Program-made: the position numbers and the translations under genes
Notes under the pieces: model-generated
What the model saw: only the letters and a program-made list of their open reading frames with translations
Told to the model about the DNA's origin: nothing
Database searches by the model: none
Shown: positions 9,935 through 18,373 of the stretch, in pieces
Numbering within the stretch: the first letter of the stretch is position 1
Layout of the letters: every line of letters starts with the position of its first letter
NCBI GenBank assembly: GCA_041603475.1
Contig: JBFIEJ010000001.1
Coordinates: 1 to 42,555 of the forward strand
Length of the DNA: 42,555 nucleotides
Source of the DNA: Nitrosopumilus sp.
GTDB taxonomy: Archaea > Thermoproteota > Nitrososphaeria > Nitrososphaerales > Nitrosopumilaceae
Reading direction: 5' to 3'

Positions 9935-10096
9935 ATGTCAGTTGAAGTTACATGTGGTAAATGTGGTGAAAAGATCACAAACATGAAGATGCTAAAATCT
10001 CTAAAAGATGTAATGAGTCCTTACAGTGGTAAATGTCCTTCTTGTGGACAAAAACTTTCTACATCAGAGTTTTCCCTTGATGTCCAAGAAAACTGA
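9935..10096 (+). CDS. Small zinc-ribbon protein (53 aa)
   Basis: Not in the ORF track. MSVEVTCGKCGEKITNMKMLKSLKDVMSPYSGKCPSCGQKLSTSEFSLDVQEN; CxxC and CPxCG knuckles. Confidence 0.85.
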   Translation: MSVEVTCGKCGEKITNMKMLKSLKDVMSPYSGKCPSCGQKLSTSEFSLDVQEN

Positions 10097-10165
10097 TCCA
10101 AAGAATCTCAAAAAGATCATTTCGATTTTCTAAATTAGATCTTTTGATCTCAATTCTTTGAATCC

Positions 10166-10259
10166 ATGATCAAAAACTGATCCAAATTGAATCTATCATC
10201 AAGAAAAATGATCAAAAACTGATCCAAATTGAATCTATCATCAAAAAAATGATCAAAAA
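10166..10259 (+). repeat. 42/41-bp tandem repeat (2 units plus a partial third) inside a GATC cluster
   Basis: atgatcaaaaactgatccaaattgaatctatcatcaa(g)aaaa at 10166-10207 and 10208-10248; a third copy begins at 10249. Confidence 0.92.
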
Positions 10260-10278
10260 TTATCTGAAATGATCTAGT

Positions 10279-10293
10279 CACAAGTCTTATTTA
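10279..10293 (+). promoter_or_regulatory. Putative BRE/TATA of the NrdD-like gene
   Basis: CACAAGT-C-TTATTTA ending 22 nt before ATG 10316. Confidence 0.5.
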
Positions 10294-10315
10294 CTCCTTA
10301 TTTTTAGAATGATTT

Positions 10316-12409
10316 ATGGAATTGGCTGAAGAAATATCAGAGCCAAAGAGAAGTGGAATTTTACAGTCTACATCAAAACGTGTAAGGATGATTTTCTCTG
10401 TTATGGCAAGTCCTAACAGAATTGATATTCTGAGAATCTTAAATTCCAAAGGTCCTCTGACCTATTCTGAATTAAAATCCCTAGCTGGATTCAAGTCCAA
10501 AAAAGAGAGTGGCAAATTTGCATACCACTTGAGAAAATTACTAAGACAATCACTTGTAGCATTAAACAAATCTGAAAGACGTTACACAATCACAAATCTA
10601 GGAAAACTAGTTTTGAGTTTGGCAAGACAAATTGAAGAAAGATCAATTATTGAAAGTGGAAAAATGTATGTTAGAACATCACATCAATCAATTGAAGAAT
10701 TTAACTCTCATAAAATTATTCAATCTCTAGTTCGTGAAGGAAGTTTACCACTAGAACTAGCACAAAAAATTACTGAAGAAGTTGAAAACAGAATTTACAA
10801 ATATCAGACTACTTATCTTACAGGCTCTTTAATTCGAGAAATGGTGAACTCTGTCCTCTTAGAGCACGGCCATGAAGAATATAGGAACAAACTTGCACGC
10901 CTAGGAATACCTGTTTATGATGTTCAGGAGATGATCTCCAATCTAGACAATGTAGATAATGGTGCAGAAGGCCTCTTGTTTAACACGGGACAGAGAGTTT
11001 TCGCTGAACATCTGCTAACAAACATCTTGCCAAAAGATGTAGCTGACTCGCATCTCTCAGGAGACTTGCACATTACTAATCCAGGTATTTGGTCCATGAT
11101 TCCCGATACAATATTTGTAAATGTTAAAGAACTAATTGAAGATGGAATTGATCTTGGAGGAAAATATCTTGATGTATCAAGAATTGCTTCATCAAAACAA
11201 CTAGATGAAATTACTAGTGCACTATCAATTGCTATATCTCTTCTCTCAAAAGAAGCTTCACAAGAGATTGTTCTTGATGGATTACCTTCATTATTTAGCA
11301 AACATTCAAAATCATTACCTGAACTTGAGCAGAAACTAACTGATGCATTTGCAACTGCATCAACTACATCAAAATACAACAAAGTTAGTACCAATATATC
11401 AATTAGATTACAATTGGGTTCTGACACAAAGATAATTAATTCAATTATTAATGCATACAAAAATTATACAAAGATTACACCAATACCAAAAATTGGTTTG
11501 ATAATTGATCATGAAAAAGGAAAGATCACTGACGTATCAGAATCTGCATCTGAAATTCTTTCCTTAGGTGGTAAAGTCATGTTTGCAAAAGGTCAAACAT
11601 CAAGCTTTGGTGTTACAAATGGATCTACTAAGACTCTTAGTCCACTATCAATTACATTGCAATCCGTTTCTATTAATCTACCAAGACTTGCTTTTGAATC
11701 AAACAAGGATGAAACTTACTTTAGAGCAAGACTTGCATTACTAATGAAACCCGCCTTGTCTTCTATGGCATTAAGAAAGAAAGAGATTTCTGATCTTACT
11801 AGAAGAGGACTAAATCCAATACTTGCAAAGAATACTCAATACATGCAAAGAAGTTCTGTATCACTTGTTGTAAATTTGGTAGGACTCAAAGAAGCAGTCT
11901 TTAACATACTTGGATTCCAAGACAACAAAGAAGGACGAGATATCCTACACAAAGTTATAGAAACTGCAGTTGATGTCGGAGCCAAAAAAGGCAAAGAATT
12001 AGGAGATACTGTGGCCATATCCATGATTGAATCTGAAGGTGCAACCAGATTTGCCACCCTTGATGGTGAGAAATATGGTAAAAATTCATCCCTTAATTCT
12101 ATGGATGCTGATTACTATTCTGAAGGTGTTGTTATTAATGCCTCTGAGATATCTGATTTAACGGCAAAAAGTGAGCCTATTTCTGAATGCAACAAACTCT
12201 CAAAACTACTTAACGGTGGTTTACTTGTAACATTGAGCATTGACAAAGATGCCAAGCCTGAAGAAATTAAGAAAGCAATAGAGAAAGCATCAGAACTTAC
12301 TCCATCTTTCAAGCCTGTTAAGAAAATTTCAATATGTGGTGAATGTGGATTTAAAGATGAACCATTTGATGACAAGTGTCCCAAGTGTAAGTCACCATAT
12401 GTTGTCTGA
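10316..12409 (+). CDS. ArsR-like HTH + ATP-cone + degenerate class III RNR (NrdD)-fold fusion; probable regulator
   Basis: N-terminal RIDILRIL..GPLTYSELK..FAYHLRKL winged HTH; YVRT...EEFNSHKIIQSL ATP cone; HLSGDLHI and SINLPRLA NrdD motifs; C-terminal CGECG/CPKC; no glycyl-radical loop. Confidence 0.85.
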   Translation: MELAEEISEPKRSGILQSTSKRVRMIFSVMASPNRIDILRILNSKGPLTYSELKSLAGFKSKKESGKFAYHLRKLLRQSLVALNKSERRYTITNLGKLVLSLARQIEERSIIESGKMYVRTSHQSIEEFNSHKIIQSLVREGSLPLELAQKITEEVENRIYKYQTTYLTGSLIREMVNSVLLEHGHEEYRNKLARLGIPVYDVQEMISNLDNVDNGAEGLLFNTGQRVFAEHLLTNILPKDVADSHLSGDLHITNPGIWSMIPDTIFVNVKELIEDGIDLGGKYLDVSRIASSKQLDEITSALSIAISLLSKEASQEIVLDGLPSLFSKHSKSLPELEQKLTDAFATASTTSKYNKVSTNISIRLQLGSDTKIINSIINAYKNYTKITPIPKIGLIIDHEKGKITDVSESASEILSLGGKVMFAKGQTSSFGVTNGSTKTLSPLSITLQSVSINLPRLAFESNKDETYFRARLALLMKPALSSMALRKKEISDLTRRGLNPILAKNTQYMQRSSVSLVVNLVGLKEAVFNILGFQDNKEGRDILHKVIETAVDVGAKKGKELGDTVAISMIESEGATRFATLDGEKYGKNSSLNSMDADYYSEGVVINASEISDLTAKSEPISECNKLSKLLNGGLLVTLSIDKDAKPEEIKKAIEKASELTPSFKPVKKISICGECGFKDEPFDDKCPKCKSPYVV

Positions 12410-12576
12410 AATTCGTAAATGAAAAACTAGTAACGATCATTTTGAAAAATATTTTGATCTAATTCAGAGTGGCGATCATCGTCGTTTACAACTAAAGTTA
12501 TGCCAGTATGAAGTTCATAGTAGCGGTGTTAAAAATATTGACACATTGATGGGTCAAGATCAAAACTTTTCGAGCA

Positions 12577-12616
12577 CACAAGTTATATCCACATTGTTTC
12601 TAACCACTTCGGGGAG
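12577..12616 (+). promoter_or_regulatory. Putative nrdJ promoter and Shine-Dalgarno
   Basis: CACAAGTTATAT at 12577-12588; GGGGAG at 12611-12616, 6 nt before the ATG. Confidence 0.55.
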
Positions 12617-12622
12617 ATTATA

Positions 12623-15274
12623 ATGGATAATTCACAAATAGAAAATACGATCAATGAGATCCGTAAGCGCAGTGGCGCAGTAACGGCTTTCAATAAAAAC
12701 AAAATTTCTAATGCCATCTTTAGGGCATTGGCTGCCACCTCTAAAGCCGACCGTGGTTTAGCCGATCAACTAGCCGAAAAAGTAGTTGACAAACTAGTAG
12801 AGCAAGGATTTACGAGTTCTAGAACTCCAACAGTTGAGGATATTCAGGATATTGTAGAATCTACTTTAATCGATAGTGGTAATAGCGATATTGCAAAAGC
12901 CTACATTGTTTACAGACATGAAAGAAGAAAATTAAGAGATGAAAAGAAAAAGGTTCTAAATCTTAAAGCCTTAGACCCAGTTTCCAAGAAATTTGACTTG
13001 AATTGTCTTAGAGTACTAGCATCAAGATATCTTTTCAGAAATGGAAAAAATGAGATTATTGAATCACCAACTCAAATGTTTGAAAGAGTTGCAATTCTAG
13101 TTGGAATTGGTGATATTCTTTATGATGCTCAAGTATTTGATAAATCAGGAAATACTAAACAAGACATTGAAGAAGCACAATCTTATCTTGAGAAATTAGA
13201 TGCCTTTGACTATAAATTCAAAGTAGGACCTTATTTCTTTAACAAGTGGCATTTCAGATCTTTGATCAATCACTATGTTACACTTGCAAACAAAGGTCAA
13301 ATGAAAGTAAGTTTCAAAGATTTACTGACATTATTAGCAGCAAAGAAGCTTGACAACTATGCAGACAAGATAACTGAATATCTTGAGCTAATGACTGCAC
13401 AAGACTTTCTACCAAATTCACCAACAATGATGAATGCTGGGGGTAGATTAGGACAACTCTCAGCATGCTTTGTACTTGGAATGGAAGATGGAATGGAACA
13501 AATCATGAAATCAACCTCTGATGCAGCATTAATCTTCAAATCAGGCGGTGGAGTAGGTATCAACTACTCTGATCTGCGTGAAGAAGGCGATATTGTAGCA
13601 TCAACTTCAGGTGTAGCATCAGGCCCTGTGTCCTTCATGAATATTATCAATACAGTCACTGAAGTCGTTAAACAAGGAGGAAAAAGACGTGGTGCAAACA
13701 TGGGAATCATTGAAGCATGGCATCCTGATGTTGAAAAATTCATCACAAACAAAACAGAACCAGGCATTTTAGAGAACTTTAACGTAAGTGTTGGAATCTG
13801 GGAAGACTTTTGGCATGCACTTGTCAATACCGCTGATGGTAACTATGTCTTACGTAGTCCACGTGACAAAAAACCGGTAAAAGAAATCAATGCACATCAA
13901 CTCATTGATCTAATTGCATTATCTGCATGGAAGAGTGCAGAGCCTGGTTTGATCTTCTTTGATCAAATTAACAAATACAATGTATTTGCAAAAGCAAGAC
14001 AAGCACCACTAAGAGCTACAAATCCATGTGGAGAACAAAGTCTGTATCCATACGAATCATGTAATCTAGGCTCAATTAACTTGGTAAATCTTGTAAAGAG
14101 ACAAGCAGATGGAACCTATGAATTTGATTGGCAAAGATATGAAGAGACAATCAGAAAGACAACAAGATTCCTTGATAACATCATTGATGTTAATCACTAT
14201 CCAGTACCAGAAATAGATGTAGCATCAAAAGAATCTAGAAGAATTGGATTGGGAGTAATGGGAGTAGCTGATCTTCTTTACAAATTAAGAATCCCATATA
14301 ATTCCAAAGAAGGATATGAACTACAATCAAAACTATCAGAAGCTCTGACATACTATTCAATGGAAGAAAGTGTTGCACTTGCAAAATCTAGAGGTGAGTT
14401 CCCACTTTGCTCAAGGACTGAATACCCTGAAGGAAAGATCCCAGTAGCAGGATACTATGAGAAACCAAAAGAATCTCACTCCTATGAATGGGATGCACTA
14501 ATTGAGAAAATTAAAAAATATGGTATCAGAAATGTTTTGACTACCACAGTTGCACCAACAGGTACACTCTCTATGATTGCAGATTGTTCAAACGGAATGG
14601 AGCCTGCATTTGCTCTAGTCTTTGAGAAGAGAGTTACTGTTGGAAGATTCTTCTACACAAACAAGATTGTTGAAGAAGTCTTAAAGGAAGAAGGTCTTTA
14701 CAACGATGAAATTCTTGCAAAGATTGCAGACAATTATGGTTCCTTGAAAGGTATTGAAGAGATTCCACAATGGATGCAAGATGTCTTTGTTACAGCAATG
14801 GATATTCATTGGGCTGATCATCTTATGGCTCAAGGAGTATGGCAAGATTGGATTGGAAATGCAATTGCAAAAACAATCAACATGCCTTATGACGTAACTG
14901 CTGAAGATGTAAAATCTGCATATCTTCTTGCACATGAAATAGGACTAAAGGGAATTACCGTTTATCGTGACGGTTCAAGACATAAACAAGTCCTTCATAT
15001 GACTAGTGAAAATGCTGAAAAGACATTTGATGTTACACCAAGTGAACATGTAACAGAGTATGTTACAAAGAATATTACAAATTCATATGTTCAATCTCAA
15101 GTCAATGCAGCACTTGCATTAAAACCACATGACGAAGAAATTGTACTTGAACCTCCAAAACAAGAAGAGATTTCTGAAGATCGTTTGTGTCCAACATGCA
15201 AAAATAATCTTGTCTTTGTAGAGGGATGTAGTATCTGCATTGAATGTGGATACAGTGGTTGTACTTCTGGATAA
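12623..15274 (+). CDS. nrdJ: Class II (adenosylcobalamin-dependent) ribonucleotide reductase with N-terminal ATP cone
   Basis: IRKRSG ATP cone; PNSPTMMNAG, LSACFV, TNPCGEQ, SCNLGSINL, APTGT, GLKGITVYRDGSR; C-terminal CPTC/CIEC...C; no intein evident. Confidence 0.95.
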   Translation: MDNSQIENTINEIRKRSGAVTAFNKNKISNAIFRALAATSKADRGLADQLAEKVVDKLVEQGFTSSRTPTVEDIQDIVESTLIDSGNSDIAKAYIVYRHERRKLRDEKKKVLNLKALDPVSKKFDLNCLRVLASRYLFRNGKNEIIESPTQMFERVAILVGIGDILYDAQVFDKSGNTKQDIEEAQSYLEKLDAFDYKFKVGPYFFNKWHFRSLINHYVTLANKGQMKVSFKDLLTLLAAKKLDNYADKITEYLELMTAQDFLPNSPTMMNAGGRLGQLSACFVLGMEDGMEQIMKSTSDAALIFKSGGGVGINYSDLREEGDIVASTSGVASGPVSFMNIINTVTEVVKQGGKRRGANMGIIEAWHPDVEKFITNKTEPGILENFNVSVGIWEDFWHALVNTADGNYVLRSPRDKKPVKEINAHQLIDLIALSAWKSAEPGLIFFDQINKYNVFAKARQAPLRATNPCGEQSLYPYESCNLGSINLVNLVKRQADGTYEFDWQRYEETIRKTTRFLDNIIDVNHYPVPEIDVASKESRRIGLGVMGVADLLYKLRIPYNSKEGYELQSKLSEALTYYSMEESVALAKSRGEFPLCSRTEYPEGKIPVAGYYEKPKESHSYEWDALIEKIKKYGIRNVLTTTVAPTGTLSMIADCSNGMEPAFALVFEKRVTVGRFFYTNKIVEEVLKEEGLYNDEILAKIADNYGSLKGIEEIPQWMQDVFVTAMDIHWADHLMAQGVWQDWIGNAIAKTINMPYDVTAEDVKSAYLLAHEIGLKGITVYRDGSRHKQVLHMTSENAEKTFDVTPSEHVTEYVTKNITNSYVQSQVNAALALKPHDEEIVLEPPKQEEISEDRLCPTCKNNLVFVEGCSICIECGYSGCTSG

Positions 15275-15320
15275 ATTACAGAATCACAACTTTTTTACTT
15301 TCTTTTCTTTTTGAATCTGT

Positions 15321-16439
15321 ATGGATATCAAAATTCTAGGCATAGTTGTAGGCATAGCAGTAATTATTGGAGCTGCCGCAGTTGTCTTGTCTACACCTGA
15401 AACTCAGATTACTTCACAGCAAACTAATGACAAAATTGGTCTTGTGATCAATACTCCTAGTCAGTCTGTATCGTTGCAACAAATTGATCAAATCTATACT
15501 GATGCTGCATCTACAGGAATAGGAAGAAGTAATGTCTATCTATTTTGGAATATTGTAGAACCACAACGTGGAGAATTTGATTGGAGTCAATCCGATATTT
15601 TGATGGGATTAAATGAAAAAAATGATCTCAAAGTTACACTGTTCTTTTCAATAATTAATGGAGAAACTTTAGGACCATTTCCAAACTGGATTGGAAAACC
15701 ATCTCTTAACGCAATTGGAGAGGACAGATTAATCACTGTACTTGATGAAATTTTGTCTCGATACCACATTATCGATTCTGTAATTATTTCAGGAGAAACT
15801 GAATCTCAATTTAGATACTATGAACAAAATATTCCAGTTTACAAGGAGTTGTTTTCTAATGTATATCAGAAGATAAAAGAGAAACATCCTGATGTAAAGT
15901 TTGGAAATTCATTTGCACTACATCAGGTACTCAATAAAGACTTGAAAAACATAGTAAGTGAACTAGCCATTGGTGATTTTGTTGCATTTTCATATTTTCC
16001 AGTCGATAGCCTTAATGATATAATTAAAACTCCTCAGCAGGCAAAAGAAGATTTGAATCAAGTATTTGAAATCATTCCTGACAAAAAAGTAGCATTTTTT
16101 GAGATCAGCTGGAGCACCTCTGTTTTTGTTGGAGGAAATTCTACAACTCAGAGTGATTTTCTGCAAAAATCCTTCGAGTTTTTCTCTGAAAAAGAACCAG
16201 AGATTGAATTTTTGACATGGTATAGACAGTACGACAGACCTGAGAATACATGTATTGCAGAACAACAAGATATTGGAGAAGAGAAAATTAGTGTGGGAGG
16301 GGGTTCAGGTTTGGGAAGTAGTGAGTATGTAATTGAACGACTAAATCATTATGTTTGTAACGCAGGACTAGTTGAGATTAATGGAAACCCAAAACCTGGA
16401 TGGAATGAATTTAAAAATCAAATTCAAATGATAAACTAG
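15321..16439 (+). CDS. Membrane-anchored glycoside hydrolase-like TIM-barrel protein
   Basis: N-terminal TM helix; WNIVEPQRGEFDWS, IISGE, AFSYFP and AFFEISW segments typical of clan GH-A. Confidence 0.65.
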   Translation: MDIKILGIVVGIAVIIGAAAVVLSTPETQITSQQTNDKIGLVINTPSQSVSLQQIDQIYTDAASTGIGRSNVYLFWNIVEPQRGEFDWSQSDILMGLNEKNDLKVTLFFSIINGETLGPFPNWIGKPSLNAIGEDRLITVLDEILSRYHIIDSVIISGETESQFRYYEQNIPVYKELFSNVYQKIKEKHPDVKFGNSFALHQVLNKDLKNIVSELAIGDFVAFSYFPVDSLNDIIKTPQQAKEDLNQVFEIIPDKKVAFFEISWSTSVFVGGNSTTQSDFLQKSFEFFSEKEPEIEFLTWYRQYDRPENTCIAEQQDIGEEKISVGGGSGLGSSEYVIERLNHYVCNAGLVEINGNPKPGWNEFKNQIQMIN

Positions 16440-16440
16440 T

Positions 16441-17109
16441 ATGATTTCTCTTATTCTAGCTGAATCTTCGATTGAAACAATTCCTAACGAGATGAAAGAT
16501 CACCCTTCAGTGATATCTCACGAAAGAAAACTCGGAAAGGATTATTCTGAAATACTATTGGATAATTCATGGCATTTTGCTGCAATGAAAGGAATTGAAA
16601 ATGAAATTAAACGTGGAAGACCTGATCTAGTTCATTTTTCTATTTTAGAGGCAACAACAATTCCGCTTTACTATAAAAATAAAATAAAAATATTCATTCA
16701 TACAATTAATGATAAAGTAATTGCTATTGGAGAAAATGTCCATATTCCAAAATCATATCATAGATTTGAAGGACTTTTTGAAAAATTATTCTTGGAGAAA
16801 AAAATTACTGTTAATGACAATGAACTACTGTCAATTAAAGATCAATCTTTTTCTGAACTAGTTGACCAGATCAATCCATCAAAAGTTGTAGGATTATCAA
16901 CTACAGGCAAATCAAGTTCATTTGAAAAAATTGGTACTACATTAGATGATAATTCATGTCTTGTAATTGGAGGTTTTCAGAAGGGACATTTCTCTGATTC
17001 AATCAAAAACAAATTCACTGATCTATTTTCTGTTGGAGAAACATCACTTGAAGCTCATGTTGTTGTTGCTAGGATGCTATATGAGTATGAAAAAACCATT
17101 TTTATGTAG
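16441..17109 (+). CDS. nep1: Nep1/Emg1 SSU rRNA pseudouridine N1-methyltransferase
   Basis: LLDNSWH, RGRPDLVH, IPKSYHRFEGL, IGGFQKGHF. Confidence 0.93.
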   Translation: MISLILAESSIETIPNEMKDHPSVISHERKLGKDYSEILLDNSWHFAAMKGIENEIKRGRPDLVHFSILEATTIPLYYKNKIKIFIHTINDKVIAIGENVHIPKSYHRFEGLFEKLFLEKKITVNDNELLSIKDQSFSELVDQINPSKVVGLSTTGKSSSFEKIGTTLDDNSCLVIGGFQKGHFSDSIKNKFTDLFSVGETSLEAHVVVARMLYEYEKTIFM

Positions 17110-17131
17110 GTCTAGAAATTTGCATTCTGTT

Positions 17132-17205
17132 GCAGTCATAGTATAGCCTGGTTAGTATTCGGGGTTTCCAACCCTGTGACGCGGGTTCGAATCCCGCTGA
17201 CTGCA
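17132..17205 (+). tRNA. tRNA-Gly (anticodon TCC)
   Basis: Acceptor stem GCAGTCA/TGACTGC, anticodon arm CGGGG-TTTCCAA-CCCTG, T arm GCGGG-TTCGAAT-CCCGC; no intron, CCA not encoded. Confidence 0.97.
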
Positions 17206-17256
17206 TTTATTCATTCTAATGAGAACCAATTTTTAGCTCCATTCTATGATAATATT

Positions 17257-17559
17257 GTGAAACCTGCACTTCAAAAGATTGCCATGGAGAGAATGCAAAT
17301 TCTTATTGATAGTGCAATTTCTAATGCTAGAACAAATCCAGAATTATCTCAACGTCAAGCATCAATTGCAAGAAGAATCAGTACTAGACATAAAATTCGA
17401 ATGCCTTATGATCTTAGGATGGTTTTTTGTAAAAAATGTAAATCATTTATCGCACCAGGAATTAATTCCAGAATTCGGCTTGGGAGAGCATCTGTCAAGT
17501 CGATCAGAATAAGTTGTAATTTGTGTGGGCATACTTATCGTAAAATAATACCTCAATGA
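17257..17559 (+). CDS. rnp4: RNase P protein component 4 (Rpp21)
   Basis: Start moved to GTG 17257 to avoid the tRNA; IAMERMQIL, FCKKC...PG and CNLCG zinc ribbon. Confidence 0.9.
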   Translation: MKPALQKIAMERMQILIDSAISNARTNPELSQRQASIARRISTRHKIRMPYDLRMVFCKKCKSFIAPGINSRIRLGRASVKSIRISCNLCGHTYRKIIPQ

Positions 17560-17590
17560 TTTATAAGACGATTATCGATTTTTTCACCTT

Positions 17591-18043
17591 ATGGCAAAGG
17601 TATACGATGTACCAGCAGATGTACTAATTACAAGATTAGCTGATATTCTAAAGAATGAAGATATTCCAGCTCCTTCTTGGATTCCATTTGTTAAAACAGG
17701 AGCTCATGCTGATAAACCGCCTCAAGATAGAGATTGGTGGCATACTCGATGTGCATCATTAATGAGAAAAATTTACCTTAATGGCCCAATTGGAGTAAAC
17801 GAATTAAGAAATGAATATGGTGGTGGTAAACCATCTGGATATGGAGCTGCTCATCATAGAGATGCCGGTGGTGCAATTATCCGTAATGCAATTCATGGAT
17901 TAGAAAAACTCGGTTATGTAGAAATAGTAGAGAAGAAAGGACGTATTATTTCTAAACAAGGAATGCAAAAACTGGATAGACTAGCAACAGAAATTCTTAA
18001 AGAAATGATCGTTGAAAATCCACAATTGAAAGTATACACTTAG
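17591..18043 (+). CDS. rps19e: 30S ribosomal protein S19e
   Basis: VYDVPAD, FVKTG, DWWHTRCASLMRKIY, YGG. Confidence 0.97.
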   Translation: MAKVYDVPADVLITRLADILKNEDIPAPSWIPFVKTGAHADKPPQDRDWWHTRCASLMRKIYLNGPIGVNELRNEYGGGKPSGYGAAHHRDAGGAIIRNAIHGLEKLGYVEIVEKKGRIISKQGMQKLDRLATEILKEMIVENPQLKVYT

Positions 18044-18050
18044 ATTCAAA

Positions 18051-18332
18051 ATGAGTTTTCCAGAACCTAACGAACTACCTCAAGATAACCCAAATCATGA
18101 GCATGCTGCACAAAAGGAGCAAATTCTAAAGCAAATTCTCACTCCTCAAGCAAGAATGAGGTTAAACAATATCAAAATGGTGAAATCTGAATTATCCGAT
18201 CTTGTAGAGCAATACTTGATTGGAATGGCAACTCAAGGAAAGATTCCCGGTCAGATAAATGACGATCAACTAAAGCAAATTTTACTTTCAATTCAACAAC
18301 CAAAACGTGATTTTAAGATAAATCGCATCTAA
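18051..18332 (+). CDS. PDCD5/TFAR19-like DNA-binding protein
   Basis: ILTPQARMRLNNIKMVK; canonical position after rps19e. Confidence 0.92.
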   Translation: MSFPEPNELPQDNPNHEHAAQKEQILKQILTPQARMRLNNIKMVKSELSDLVEQYLIGMATQGKIPGQINDDQLKQILLSIQQPKRDFKINRI

Positions 18333-18373
18333 TACTGAAAAAATATAATTATGGGTAACCTGACGAACTAGTC

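Noticed and set aside
10166-10259. Possible CRISPR array
   Set aside because: Units are head-to-tail with no unique spacers, and there are no cas genes.
10095-10274. Replication origin
   Set aside because: No cdc6/orc1 gene or recognisable ORB elements in the window; cannot be supported.
10316-12409. Functional anaerobic RNR (nrdD) or a pseudogene
   Set aside because: Lacks the glycyl-radical loop and catalytic Cys, yet is a long intact ORF with an added HTH, so neither call fits.
12410-12622. Cobalamin riboswitch or bacterial NrdR boxes before nrdJ
   Set aside because: No B12-box or GGGAA core and no convincing tandem NrdR palindromes.
12623-15274. Intein in NrdJ
   Set aside because: Catalytic motifs are contiguous; no splice-junction or LAGLIDADG motifs.
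17132-17205. tRNA as an integration site
   Set aside because: Flanked by core genes; no integrase or duplicated tRNA 3' end seen.
17176-17256. N-terminal extension of Rpp21 in the ORF track
   Set aside because: Overlaps tRNA-Gly; GTG 17257 gives a normal length.
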